59,543 bases of DNA, filler included, from 4 parts of 4 records of this genome joined end to end with filler, not necessarily neighbours in it, one strand, 5' to 3'. Shown: positions 30,633 through 40,471, counted from the whole stretch's first letter. The notes: generated by a model from the sequence alone, not told the origin. Numbers and translations are program-made.

Positions 30633-30974
30633 CTAGATAGTAAGCAGGTGTTCCTCATTTTTGATGATCTCAGTCAGAGGAGCGCCCCACCTGATAAGCT
30701 CTATTCCAAGCTTTTCAACATCATCTTTCACACCAAGGGCTTCAGCGCAAGTAACACACGCACTAACCCGAACACCATTATCCTGAGCCTCTTTCACCAG
30801 CTCCTGAATCCTCTTGTTACCAGCAGTGAGCCTAGTCGTTTCACCCCAGATAATAAGAGTTACATCGTCAAAACTGTTATTCTTTCTCGTGTATCTTAAA
30901 TAGAGAAAGACCATATGCTCTGCTGTGACAGGGTTAGCATTTGTCCAAAGTATCGTTAATTTATTCTTTTTCAT
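30633..30974 (-). CDS. DsrE/DsrF-like family protein
   Basis: LTILWTN, VTLIIWG, SACVTCAEALG. Confidence 0.8.
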   Translation of the reverse strand: MKKNKLTILWTNANPVTAEHMVFLYLRYTRKNNSFDDVTLIIWGETTRLTAGNKRIQELVKEAQDNGVRVSACVTCAEALGVKDDVEKLGIELIRWGAPLTEIIKNEEHLLTI

Positions 30975-30986
30975 TTTAGTACCTCA

Positions 30987-31646
30987 CTATTGTACTTTAG
31001 TCTTAAGTAACTTAAGCTCTTGGATTATGTCTGACGGTTCAGCCCTGAATGTGTAGTCTGTCTTTACGAACGCATATGTCACATATCCGTCTGTATCTAT
31101 GATAAATGTTGATGCAAGCGGCACATCATACTGACCTTCGCCGTTATGAGCCTCCATATCTATCCCAAAGCTCTCATATATCGGGATAAGCTCCTCTGAA
31201 ACAGTAAACATTATACCTATCTCTTCTGCATACTTCGATTCAATATCTGTGAGCACTTCGAACTGAAGACCGTGCTTTTCAGATGTTGAAATTGACGAAT
31301 CCGGAAGCTCCGGCGTAATAGCTATGAGTGTCGCCCCTTCAGCTTTGATCTCATCCATAACCTGCTGATAAGCATTAAGCTGTAGATTGCAATAAGGGCA
31401 CCAGCCACCACGGTAGAAAGTAACAACAACAGGACCATCCTCTCTAATCTCTGAAAGCCTTCTGATCATTCCGTTATGATTAGGAAGTGCAAAATCAGTT
31501 AGCTTTTCGCCTACTTTCGGAGCACGATCTACGATACCGGTTTCAGCAAGCCTAGCGAAATCATCAAAAATCACCTTTTTAAAGCTCTCAGGCATCTTTG
31601 AAAGATTGGCTTCTTTAAGTGCAGTTAAGTGTTCTGCTAATGACAT
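30987..31646 (-). CDS. Peroxiredoxin-like AhpC/TSA family protein
   Basis: FYRGGWCPYCNLQL, AITPELPD; AAGGAG RBS. Confidence 0.88.
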   Translation of the reverse strand: MSLAEHLTALKEANLSKMPESFKKVIFDDFARLAETGIVDRAPKVGEKLTDFALPNHNGMIRRLSEIREDGPVVVTFYRGGWCPYCNLQLNAYQQVMDEIKAEGATLIAITPELPDSSISTSEKHGLQFEVLTDIESKYAEEIGIMFTVSEELIPIYESFGIDMEAHNGEGQYDVPLASTFIIDTDGYVTYAFVKTDYTFRAEPSDIIQELKLLKTKVQ

Positions 31647-31690
31647 AATAGTCTCCTTTTCTCATTTAGATTTCGTTTTCATACATTTCC

Positions 31691-31706
31691 TTGAATGATC
31701 ACTCAA
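31691..31706. promoter_or_regulatory. Putative TetR operator 1
   Basis: TTGAATGATCACTCAA imperfect palindrome in the divergent intergenic region. Confidence 0.65.
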
Positions 31707-31740
31707 TGTAGCGCCTCATCTGCGCCTTGTCAAGAAAAAA

Positions 31741-31758
31741 CTTGAATGATTGCTCAAG
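31741..31758. promoter_or_regulatory. Putative TetR operator 2
   Basis: CTTGAATGATTGCTCAAG, same TTGAATGATnnCTCAA core as operator 1. Confidence 0.65.
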
Positions 31759-31805
31759 TTGATTTATTTTGATATTCAGCTAGTATGTTCAAAGGAGCCG
31801 CAGTA

Positions 31806-32384
31806 ATGACAAAAGCCCAGTTCGATAGAGACGAAATCATTGATAAAGCAGTGCAGCTTTTCTGGAGAAAAGGATTCAGCGCTTCGTCTATGCAGGATGT
31901 GGTGAAAACTACTGGTCTGAAACCCGGCTCCATATATCTCGCCTTCGGCAATAAAGAGGGGCTTTTTCGTGAGGCTCTTGAAAGATATGCAAAAATTGGT
32001 GCGGACAAAATCCGCAAAACAATAGAAGAAGCTCCGAGCATCGGCTTAGGCATCTGCCAGCATCTTGAAAATTTTGTTTTAGACTCAACAGAAGAGGATT
32101 TCTGTAGCTGCTTTCTGGTGAAAACGAGGCTGGAGCTAGCCAGAGATGGGAACGAGCTACACAGATATGCATCCGCTATGCTCGACAGTGTGGAGCTGAT
32201 CTTTAAAGAATATCTTATGCAGGAGTACGACGAGGATACCAGCAGAAAGAGAGCAGCAAGCATTATGATGCATATATTCGGGCTGAGGGTATACGGTTAT
32301 CAGGCGGATTCCGCTGAGAAAATGCGGGAGGGGCTCAGGCAGGGACTTTCCTGGCTACCATGGGATACTTTCGATAAGGCGTAG
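31806..32384 (+). CDS. TetR/AcrR family transcriptional regulator
   Basis: FDRDEIIDKAVQLFWRKGF..GLKPGSIYLAFGNKEGLF HTH; AAGGAG RBS before ATG 31806. Confidence 0.92.
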   Translation: MTKAQFDRDEIIDKAVQLFWRKGFSASSMQDVVKTTGLKPGSIYLAFGNKEGLFREALERYAKIGADKIRKTIEEAPSIGLGICQHLENFVLDSTEEDFCSCFLVKTRLELARDGNELHRYASAMLDSVELIFKEYLMQEYDEDTSRKRAASIMMHIFGLRVYGYQADSAEKMREGLRQGLSWLPWDTFDKA

Positions 32385-32413
32385 CACTTCTTTTGTATCC
32401 TACTATAATGCTT

Positions 32414-33166
32414 TTACTCGCTGTATCTGCTCAGCATAAATGAACCAGCTAAAAATGACACACCCGTTAATCCACATAAAATAGCGAGAGAGACCGCAAC
32501 ATCGCCGCTTAAAGATTCTGCCCTCATTACAATATTCGTATGGCTCAGCGGAAAGAGATACACAGCCTTTCTTAGAAATTCCGGAAGATAATCTATAGGG
32601 TAAAATGTCCCTGAAAAGAACGACATAGGCATAATCACAAAATTTGTTATGACTGCATTTGACTCGATATCCTTTATCACTATCCCCGCCACAACAGCCA
32701 CAGAAGAGAAGAATGCAACATTCAGCACCAAAGCGGTGAGCGACAGCATACCGAATGGAAAAACTTTGAAAACCGCCACACCAGCAGCAGCTATAAAGAA
32801 CGAAGCGATAAAGCCACGCACAACCCCGGACGCTATCAGACCTGTCATCACAGAGAATGGCGAAACAGGTGCTGTCATCAATGTTTGAAAACTGCCTGAA
32901 TAAAGCCTGCCCAGACTGACTGAGGATGCTATTAGGTTATAAGAATTTGTCATAGAGCTCATGCAGACTATCCCCTGTATGAGAAAAACACCGTAGCCCG
33001 CACCGCCAATATTGATCCTTGAACCGAGCCCAAGACCGAAAGCTAGCAGATATATAACAGGTGACGAAATACTGTAAAAGACATAGCCAAACCGGAAAAT
33101 CTTACTTTTCAGCAACATCATCTCACGGAAAAACACGGCATATGAACCTGATATATAATCTGTCAT
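32414..33166 (-). CDS. ABC-2 type exporter permease (NodJ/YadH-like)
   Basis: Six TM pattern, PVIYLLAFGLGLG, PMSFFSGTFYPI; start overlaps the ATPase stop. Confidence 0.88.
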   Translation of the reverse strand: MTDYISGSYAVFFREMMLLKSKIFRFGYVFYSISSPVIYLLAFGLGLGSRINIGGAGYGVFLIQGIVCMSSMTNSYNLIASSVSLGRLYSGSFQTLMTAPVSPFSVMTGLIASGVVRGFIASFFIAAAGVAVFKVFPFGMLSLTALVLNVAFFSSVAVVAGIVIKDIESNAVITNFVIMPMSFFSGTFYPIDYLPEFLRKAVYLFPLSHTNIVMRAESLSGDVAVSLAILCGLTGVSFLAGSFMLSRYSE

Positions 33167-33996
33167 CCCGCCTCTCCGCACTTAATAACAACATCCTCAA
33201 GCTTACTCCGGCGAACCTTAAATGACGTCAGATTTTCTCTGGCAGTATATTCGTGAAGCTCTCTCTCTGTTGGAAAAAGTCTGGTCGTCACTCTGCTGTC
33301 ATCGTAGGTATCAAGAGCGAAAGCACCAGCACTCTCAACAAGGTCTTCCGGAGTACCTTTGCTGACGATTTTCCCTCTGTTCATTATAGCTATTGTATCG
33401 CAGAGACTTTCTGCTTCCTCAGTATAGTGAGTGGTCATGAGCAGTGACTTGCCAGAATTTCTGATAGATTTTATGATCTGCCATATCTCCCTTCGGACTG
33501 AGGGGTCAAGCCCCACAGTAGGCTCATCCATAAATATAAGCTCAGCATCAGCTAACATCGCTCTCGCTATCATCACACGTCTCTTCTGCCCACCGGAGAG
33601 AGTCTGCACTTTTTCCTCAGCCTTCTCAGCGAGATTATACCCGTAGATAATATCTTTGATTCTTTCACGGGGGTTTTTCAGCTTCCTCAATTTTGCATAT
33701 ATCAGAAGGTTATCGTAAACAGATATCTCCCCATCAAGATTAATATCCTGCGGAACAGTAGACATATAACCTTTTGCAATCTTCCTGTTATTAAATATAT
33801 CCGTGTCCATGATGCTCGCATCGCCGCTGTCCGGTCTGGTCAGTGTCGTCAGCATCTTTATCGTAGTGGTTTTACCCGCACCATTTTCACCAAGCAGACC
33901 GAATATCTCTCCCTGCTTAATGTCAAAACTAACATCCTCAACCACACTCTTCCCCTTATAGCTTTTACAGATGGAATTCACTCTCAAAAGACTCAT
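33163..33996 (-). CDS. ABC-2 type exporter ATP-binding protein
   Basis: GENGAGKTT, LSGGQKRR, MDEPTVGLDP, TTHY. Confidence 0.92.
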   Translation of the reverse strand: MSLLRVNSICKSYKGKSVVEDVSFDIKQGEIFGLLGENGAGKTTTIKMLTTLTRPDSGDASIMDTDIFNNRKIAKGYMSTVPQDINLDGEISVYDNLLIYAKLRKLKNPRERIKDIIYGYNLAEKAEEKVQTLSGGQKRRVMIARAMLADAELIFMDEPTVGLDPSVRREIWQIIKSIRNSGKSLLMTTHYTEEAESLCDTIAIMNRGKIVSKGTPEDLVESAGAFALDTYDDSRVTTRLFPTERELHEYTARENLTSFKVRRSKLEDVVIKCGEAG

Positions 33997-34769
33997 GCAA
34001 CCCCCACAGGGACTGCAATAATATTATTTTCCACAGAGACAACCTTCGATCTGACTTTGAAGATTTCGCTGATATTTCCCTCTGACAAAATCTCAGCGGG
34101 GCTTCCGTCACAGCAGATTTCACCATCTTTAAAGGCTACTATCCTGTCGCTGAATCTCGCCGCAAGATTCAGATCGTGCAGAACCATAATAACTGTCAGA
34201 CCGCACTCCTCATTCAGCTTCATCAGAAGCTCCAGAACCTCAAACTGGTGGTGGATATCAAGGTAAGTAGTCGGCTCATCAAGCAGAAGTATCTCAGGCT
34301 TCTGAGCGAGCGACATAGCTATCCAAGCCCTCTGTCTCTCACCGCCAGACAATTGTCCCAACCTGCTAAACCTTTTATCTTTCAGCCCTGTAGCCTCTAT
34401 TGCCCAGTCGATAGTATCTCTGTCTGAGCTGTCCATCCTGCTGAGCATCTTCTTATGTGGGTTTCTGCCGTAAGCGACCAGACAGTGTACCGGAACATCA
34501 GCCGGAGCGGATGGAGCCTGTGGCAATATGCCAACCATTCTGGCTATCTCACAGTCCGAAAGCTCTGATGAAATTTGCCCGTCTATAAATACATTGCCGG
34601 AAAAAGGTTTGATAATACGCCCCATAGCTTTAAGCATCGTCGATTTGCCCGACCCGTTCGGACCGATGATAGAGGTGATTTTCGATTTTTCAAAACCGAC
34701 CGAAACATCTTTTAACACTTTCTTTTTACCGTAGCCCGCAAATAGCTTTTCGCATGTAAAATAATTCAT
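33993..34769 (-). CDS. Iron-chelate/haem ABC importer ATP-binding protein (FecE/HmuV-like)
   Basis: GPNGSGKST, LSGGERQRAWIA, LDEPTTYLD, HDLNLA. Confidence 0.92.
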   Translation of the reverse strand: MNYFTCEKLFAGYGKKKVLKDVSVGFEKSKITSIIGPNGSGKSTMLKAMGRIIKPFSGNVFIDGQISSELSDCEIARMVGILPQAPSAPADVPVHCLVAYGRNPHKKMLSRMDSSDRDTIDWAIEATGLKDKRFSRLGQLSGGERQRAWIAMSLAQKPEILLLDEPTTYLDIHHQFEVLELLMKLNEECGLTVIMVLHDLNLAARFSDRIVAFKDGEICCDGSPAEILSEGNISEIFKVRSKVVSVENNIIAVPVGVA

Positions 34770-35764
34770 CTGTTTACACCTCTTTTTAAAAGCGTAAGAA
34801 AAAACGGAGCACCGACAAATGCCATTATAACTCCCACAGGAAGCTCGTAGGGAGTAAAAATGAGTCTTGCAGCAGTATCAGCACATATTACTGTCAATGC
34901 TCCGAAAACTGCGCTGAAAGGTATAAGGAATTTATTATCAGAACCTATCAGCAGTCTTGTTATATGAGGGATTATCAAACCTACAAATCCGAGCATCCCA
35001 ACAACGCTCACAGCAGATGCAGCGAGAAGTGCGGCAAGGATTGTCAGGATAAATTTAGTCTTTTCCACATTTACACCGAGACCTCGCGCAACATCATCTC
35101 CAAGCGCAAGAATATTTAAATATCTTGAGCTGATAATTGCTCCGGTAAGTCCCACAACAGAGTAAGGAAGAATCATATTCAGATGTGTCCAGCTTCTGCC
35201 GCTCAGAGCTCCAGCCATCCAGTTTACAGTACCCTGAACCCTGTCACTGTAAAGCACTGAAAGACTTGTCATAAATGCCCCGAGGAAGGCAGACAATGCA
35301 ACACCGGCAAGAATGAGCCTTAGCGGGTGTGCACCGCCGTCGTAGGCGAGCACATAAATCAGAAGAGCAGTAGCTATAGCCCCTAAGAAGGCGGCAGGGG
35401 GCACAAGGTGAGTTAATGCTGGAAACAAAATCATAATCACCATTGCGGCCAGCCCTGCACCAGCAGAGATTCCTATGATACCCGGGTCTGCAAGAGGGTT
35501 TTTCAGAATGGACTGGAGGATAGCACCAGAGAGTGCCAGATTAATCCCAACCAATCCGCCTACAAGGATTCTCGGCAGACGTATATTCATCACTACATGA
35601 TATAGCCCGCCTGTCTCCTCCCCTGCAAAAACCCGGTAAAATTCATCCATGCTGATATTAACAGAGCCGTTAAGCACACTGTAAGTAAAACCTGCCGCCA
35701 AAAGTGTGAGTCCAGACAGAGCAGCTAAAAGAATCTTCTTGTCATCTGATTTCATAAGGTTCAT
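34766..35764 (-). CDS. FecCD/HmuU family ABC importer permease
   Basis: IRLPRI, NPLADPGIIGISAGA, FVGLIIPHI, ELPVG. Confidence 0.92.
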   Translation of the reverse strand: MNLMKSDDKKILLAALSGLTLLAAGFTYSVLNGSVNISMDEFYRVFAGEETGGLYHVVMNIRLPRILVGGLVGINLALSGAILQSILKNPLADPGIIGISAGAGLAAMVIMILFPALTHLVPPAAFLGAIATALLIYVLAYDGGAHPLRLILAGVALSAFLGAFMTSLSVLYSDRVQGTVNWMAGALSGRSWTHLNMILPYSVVGLTGAIISSRYLNILALGDDVARGLGVNVEKTKFILTILAALLAASAVSVVGMLGFVGLIIPHITRLLIGSDNKFLIPFSAVFGALTVICADTAARLIFTPYELPVGVIMAFVGAPFFLTLLKRGVNR

Positions 35765-36675
35765 TAATTAGTTTCCGGATAAATTATCTTATGGAGCTCA
35801 GTAACTGCATCTGCCAGCCTCACGGTGGGGTTGATACCATATGTAGCAAAAGGGAGCATAATGGTGCGTCCCTCTTTTACAGCCCGGAGCGACTTCCACG
35901 CCGGGTGTTTTAGTAAACTTTTATCAGCCGCCGGAGAGACTATATCCCTATGGGTAATCACAAAAATATAATCAGGATCCTTCATGGTCACATACTCAAG
36001 GCTTACAGGGATAAAACCTCTGGAAATTCCTCTTTTTTTCCCCTTTTTACCTGTGGCTATATTGTCTCCGCCAGCCAAATAAGTTATCTGACCGATAACA
36101 CTTTCAGGCAGAGCCATGCTGAAGCTCTCCGGCGAACCGTAGACCACCAGCACTTTTTTTCTGGACGTCTTTAAGACCTTGTCCTCTATCTTTTCAAGCT
36201 GTTCTATAATCTCTTTCCAAACCTTATCTGCTCTATCCTCATGACCGGTTATCCTGCCGAAAACATTAAGAATCTCCGCTGTCTCCGCCATATTTCCGGC
36301 GCTGAACATAGCGGTCTTTATACCGGAGGATTCCAGCGAATCCCTCAGAGCAATATGGAAAGGGAAATTCATCCCTATAACCAGATCAGGTCCCATGGCA
36401 ACAATCCTCTCTACATCCGGATTACTCACCTTGCCGACACTTTGGATATCGCCAAGCTTCTCCATTATGTACTTAGGCATGGTCGAGCTTTCAGCATAGG
36501 CGTAAGGTTGCCCGCCTACAGCGTAAAACAGCTCCAGATTAGAGCTATTCAGCACTATCACCTTCTCAGGAACCTTCTCAAGAGTTACAGCTTTATTTGT
36601 GTGATCGATAAAATTTATCTGAGCAAAAGCGCTGAATGGTATAAGCATAAGCGCTGTCATAATTAGCTTTTTCAT
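35764..36675 (-). CDS. Periplasmic iron-chelate/haem binding protein
   Basis: Signal peptide AFA-Q; PEKVIVL, PDVERIVAMGPDLVI, WKSLRAVKEGR. Confidence 0.88.
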   Translation of the reverse strand: MKKLIMTALMLIPFSAFAQINFIDHTNKAVTLEKVPEKVIVLNSSNLELFYAVGGQPYAYAESSTMPKYIMEKLGDIQSVGKVSNPDVERIVAMGPDLVIGMNFPFHIALRDSLESSGIKTAMFSAGNMAETAEILNVFGRITGHEDRADKVWKEIIEQLEKIEDKVLKTSRKKVLVVYGSPESFSMALPESVIGQITYLAGGDNIATGKKGKKRGISRGFIPVSLEYVTMKDPDYIFVITHRDIVSPAADKSLLKHPAWKSLRAVKEGRTIMLPFATYGINPTVRLADAVTELHKIIYPETN

Positions 36676-37160
36676 TGCATAAACCTCTTTTTAAGGTTCA
36701 GATATTTCTCTTTCTGATCCTGTTTAATCTGTCTGTCTTCACCTCTGCCGAGATAAAATTTTATAGCTGCGTCACCGTTTTTATCGTAAATCTGTATGGA
36801 AAGTGATTCCATCCCCATAAAAGGACGATCTACGAAGAATATACTCTCGAAATTGCCGGACATAAGATGCCCGCCGACGCAGTTTCCATGTTCGTGCAGG
36901 TTATAAAAACCTTTGGCGAAACCGCCTTTAGGAACTGAGCTTTTAACTTCAAATATGACACTGCCGTTTGTCACTATTATTGTCATATCTCCCCATCCGT
37001 TCATCTCATCCATAATCTGCTCAAAATTATCCGCAGATATCTCGAAAGCCTGATCCGGTATAGCATTCAGAACAGTCTTTTCTGAAACACCTAAATCTCT
37101 CGCTGCCATAACTGTGGCGGCTTTGGTGTTTTGATTCATGTATTCTGTAACTTTATCCAT
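36672..37160 (-). CDS. hutX: Haem utilisation carrier protein HutX/ChuX
   Basis: ARDLGVSE, GFYNL, GHL, FVDRPFMG, KFYLGR; directly after hutW. Confidence 0.85.
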   Translation of the reverse strand: MDKVTEYMNQNTKAATVMAARDLGVSEKTVLNAIPDQAFEISADNFEQIMDEMNGWGDMTIIVTNGSVIFEVKSSVPKGGFAKGFYNLHEHGNCVGGHLMSGNFESIFFVDRPFMGMESLSIQIYDKNGDAAIKFYLGRGEDRQIKQDQKEKYLNLKKRFMQ

Positions 37161-37174
37161 AATAATCTCCTTAA

Positions 37175-38569
37175 TCAGTTTTGAGCTGCAATCATCGCAG
37201 ACTCAGGTAAATAATCACTGTCCTCTGCAATGGCAAGCACATCTACTAACGCCTGCGCCATATTCACATACCAGAACTGCCCCTCCGGAGTCAGCTTCAT
37301 AATATTGTAATCGAACGTAACCATACCTCTCTCTTTCCATGAGTTCAGAAGAGGCTCAAAGAGTGAATGCAGGTCTGTCCCCGCTTCTTTGTTGATAATG
37401 TCAAACCGGAGGAAACCGCTATCTATCTGGCTTGTAATGAGGTTTAACAATCTGCTGTTATGAGGTGACATGCTCATGCCCATTATCGGCTTAACACCTC
37501 CCTGCACCATTTTCAGATAAGGTTCCATTGCTACGTGTGTGAAGTATCCGTACCCCTGTGTTCTCCCTCCTGCACCCACACCGAATGCGTGCATCATATG
37601 TCCCTCTTTAGAGAGCCTGTTATAAAGGCTTCTATCTCTGGTTCCTTTTATCCAGTGAGCCACACTCGGCTGTAGATACCCTAAGTTATTCATAAGTTTG
37701 TATGATTTAATGTGATATATAGCCTGCTGTGAGGTGGTCGCAGGCGGAGGCATCTTTCCTGCTTTTATCTTTTCGTCCATCTTCCCCTTATCAAAGACAT
37801 TAAGCTGATAGAGAGCCATACCGTCCACACCAAGCCTGTCAGCGTGGAGTATATCTTCTATAAAATCATTCTCAGACTGGAAAGGGAGCCCGTACATAAG
37901 GTCTATTGAAACTGCGGCGCTGTTATAGCTTTTCAGCTCTTCGATTTTACCCGATACAGTATCTCCGTCATCCACCCTGCCTATAGACCTTCTCGCATTT
38001 GTGTCAAAGGACTGTACTCCGAGAGAAAATCTGTTGACGCCATTTTCGAGACAGGTCTCAATCTTTTCAGTATCAAACTGGTATGTCCTCGTCTCAAATG
38101 TGACTTCACAGTCGTTTGCGAGAGGTAGATTTTCCATGATCACTTGTAAAATTCTCTCTATCTGTGATCTGTTCAGAGCGCCGGGAGTTCCGCCTCCGAT
38201 ATATACAGCGTTAATCTCACCACTGGATATAAGCGGCAGCTTCCCCCCCTGTTGGATCTCTGATACCAAGGCAGAGGTAAAGTCTTCCATCATATTTTCT
38301 TTTGCAAAATTTTTAAAAAAACCGCAATATGCGCACCTTGTCTGACAGAAAGGGACATTTATATACACAAGTTTTTTACCTGAAGGATTCATCGAAGTTT
38401 CTTTCATCCATACACGCATATTGTCAGACGGTTCAACCACTTTCCCTTTACCGCCGGCGTGCACAACTCTCTTCTTGTCGTAACCTTTTGTCAGTGAATC
38501 TTCTTTTTCATTACCAAAAATGAGTTTGCGCTTCTCATCATCCAGAAGCTCATACCAATTTAAATTCAT
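37175..38569 (-). CDS. hutW: Anaerobic haem-degrading radical SAM methyltransferase HutW/ChuW
   Basis: YINVPFCQTRCAYCGF, YIGGGTP, LPLANDCEVTFE, NRFSLGVQSF, HW..RDRSLYN; followed by hutX. Confidence 0.85.
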   Translation of the reverse strand: MNLNWYELLDDEKRKLIFGNEKEDSLTKGYDKKRVVHAGGKGKVVEPSDNMRVWMKETSMNPSGKKLVYINVPFCQTRCAYCGFFKNFAKENMMEDFTSALVSEIQQGGKLPLISSGEINAVYIGGGTPGALNRSQIERILQVIMENLPLANDCEVTFETRTYQFDTEKIETCLENGVNRFSLGVQSFDTNARRSIGRVDDGDTVSGKIEELKSYNSAAVSIDLMYGLPFQSENDFIEDILHADRLGVDGMALYQLNVFDKGKMDEKIKAGKMPPPATTSQQAIYHIKSYKLMNNLGYLQPSVAHWIKGTRDRSLYNRLSKEGHMMHAFGVGAGGRTQGYGYFTHVAMEPYLKMVQGGVKPIMGMSMSPHNSRLLNLITSQIDSGFLRFDIINKEAGTDLHSLFEPLLNSWKERGMVTFDYNIMKLTPEGQFWYVNMAQALVDVLAIAEDSDYLPESAMIAAQN

Positions 38570-38745
38570 GATTTAACCTCCGCCAGGCGTCTTTCGATGA
38601 CCTCACCAATATCATCAGCAAAGACCTGTACATAGCTGCATTTAGGACACTTGACCTCAACAGCCTCAACATACCCCTTCATAAGAAGTCTTCCGCATCT
38701 GCGGCACCTTATTTCACGACAGCTGCTATTTTTACCGAAACTCAT
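38566..38745 (-). CDS. Com-family (phage Mu Com-like) zinc-finger protein, copy 2; not in ORF track
   Basis: Hand translation, 59 aa: MSFGKNSSCREIRCRRCGRLLMKGYVEAVEVKCPKCSYVQVFADDIGEVIERRLAEVKS; AGGAG RBS; stop overlaps hutW start (ATGA). Confidence 0.8.
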   Translation of the reverse strand: MSFGKNSSCREIRCRRCGRLLMKGYVEAVEVKCPKCSYVQVFADDIGEVIERRLAEVKS

Positions 38746-38755
38746 TTTATATCTC

Positions 38756-39469
38756 CTAGTCGAGCCTGTATCTCACAGGTATAACGAATCTGATCTCTTC
38801 ACCGGACTTGTTTTCAACCGGAAAAACAGACGCCACCAGCTCTTTAGCATTCTTATCAAGGAGCCTGTGTCCGCTCGATTTTTCCAGTTTAAAGTCCAGA
38901 ATCCCGCCATCCACACCTATCAGAACATTTATTTTAACAACCCCCTGCTGACCTTTCTTTCTAGCCAGATAAGGGTAACTTTTATTCAATTCAATCCGCC
39001 TCAAAACAGAATCCATATACGCTTTATAATCAAAAAGCGGCTTCGGCTCCTGTTCGGCAGGCTTATGTATCTGCACAATCTCCTGCTCAGGTTCGCTCTT
39101 TATCTCAACCACAGGCTGGACAACCACTTGCTCAGGTTCTTTCTGCACCACTTGCTTCTGCGCTGGCGCTCTCTTAACTCTCTTTATCTTCTTTTCAGGT
39201 TTTTCAATTTTCTTCTTAACTTTCGTTTTCTTTACTACTTTTTTCTGTTCCCTCTTTACCTGCTCTGGCTCAGTCTTTTTTATCAGAGGCACAGGCTTAG
39301 GCTGAGGTTTTTCAATCTTAAACGTCTTAAGGCTTATCTTCAGCCTCTTCTGCTTAGCTTCCTTCTGTATCTCATCTTTAACAGGCAGCTCCAAAGCTGA
39401 TATGGCGAAATGAAGCAGAACAGAAAGAATTAAACTGACTAAATAAGCCGATAATCTTCTATTTCTCAT
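38756..39469 (-). CDS. tonB: Energy transducer TonB
   Basis: N-terminal TM with SVLLH, Lys/Pro/Glu-rich linker, YPYLARKKGQQGVV..SSGHRLLD C-domain. Confidence 0.88.
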   Translation of the reverse strand: MRNRRLSAYLVSLILSVLLHFAISALELPVKDEIQKEAKQKRLKISLKTFKIEKPQPKPVPLIKKTEPEQVKREQKKVVKKTKVKKKIEKPEKKIKRVKRAPAQKQVVQKEPEQVVVQPVVEIKSEPEQEIVQIHKPAEQEPKPLFDYKAYMDSVLRRIELNKSYPYLARKKGQQGVVKINVLIGVDGGILDFKLEKSSGHRLLDKNAKELVASVFPVENKSGEEIRFVIPVRYRLD

Positions 39470-39860
39470 CTTCAGTAAGGAAAGAGACAGACTCCGCCCC
39501 CGCTTCTTTCGCAACCCCCATAACAGCCACTATCCTGTCAAAGCTAACACCTTTATCTGATGCTATTGAAACGTCTTTATCATTTTTGGATATAAGAGCA
39601 TTCTCTATAAGCTCTTTCAGGCGTGCCATACTGACCATATCCTCGTTATAATAAAGCTCGCCATTATCCTTAACCGATATCACAAAAACATCTGGCTTAA
39701 CCATCTCTCTAGTTGTACTCCCTGGCAGGTCTGTCGCCACAGCAGGAATCCTGAACACTGATGTCAGCAGGAAGAAGATGAGCAGAAGAAAAACCATATC
39801 GATCATAGGTGTCATGTCGGGGGATTTCGCCTTCTCAGTTATGAGGTCAAACTCTATCAT
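39459..39860 (-). CDS. exbD: ExbD/TolR
   Basis: DMTPMIDMVFLLLIFFLLT motif. Confidence 0.92.
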   Translation of the reverse strand: MIEFDLITEKAKSPDMTPMIDMVFLLLIFFLLTSVFRIPAVATDLPGSTTREMVKPDVFVISVKDNGELYYNEDMVSMARLKELIENALISKNDKDVSIASDKGVSFDRIVAVMGVAKEAGAESVSFLTEDEK

Positions 39861-40468
39861 CCGCACACTCCAAAAAGCCTGACGATCTCCTCACCTTTTA
39901 TCTTAAGGTTGATCGCCTTCTGGTTTAGTTGTTTCTCAAAAAAATGGTAAATTATTAGCGCAGGTATACCTACAAAAAGACCTGCAACAGTCGTCAGAAG
40001 TGATTCCCATATCCCGCCGGCGAGAAGTGATGCGTCAACAGCACCTTTGTTCGATGCAACAGCGTGAAAGGATGAAACCATGCCGACCACTGTCCCGCAA
40101 AGCCCAAGCATAGGCGCTATCCGCCCTATAAGCTCCATAATGTGCAGATTTCTGCCGAACTTCTGAAGCTCTTCGATACCCTTATTAGAAACTATATGCT
40201 CGAGGTCGTGCCGTGAGCATTTCATATTATCCAAAACTTCCAGAAAAACAATTTCAAGGGGTCCGTTACAGCTCTTCAGGATCGCACGGGCTTCATCAAC
40301 CTGCCCTCTCTCAACCATAGATTTCGCATCGAGATACTTCCGCATGTCGCTCCGGTTTCTAATGAAAAACCATAACCTTTCAAAAAAGATCATAAAAAGA
40401 AGTATCGAACATAACATAAGCGGATACATAAGCAATCCGCCCTTGCTCATCAGAAAAGCTACTGTCAT
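39857..40468 (-). CDS. exbB: ExbB/MotA/TolQ
   Basis: IAPMLGLCGTVVGM, GGIWESLLTTVAGL. Confidence 0.92.
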   Translation of the reverse strand: MTVAFLMSKGGLLMYPLMLCSILLFMIFFERLWFFIRNRSDMRKYLDAKSMVERGQVDEARAILKSCNGPLEIVFLEVLDNMKCSRHDLEHIVSNKGIEELQKFGRNLHIMELIGRIAPMLGLCGTVVGMVSSFHAVASNKGAVDASLLAGGIWESLLTTVAGLFVGIPALIIYHFFEKQLNQKAINLKIKGEEIVRLFGVCG

Positions 40469-40471
40469 AAC

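Noticed and set aside
38651-39400. 249-aa Leu/Phe-rich plus-strand ORF
   Set aside because: Antisense reading of the Lys/Glu-rich tonB linker
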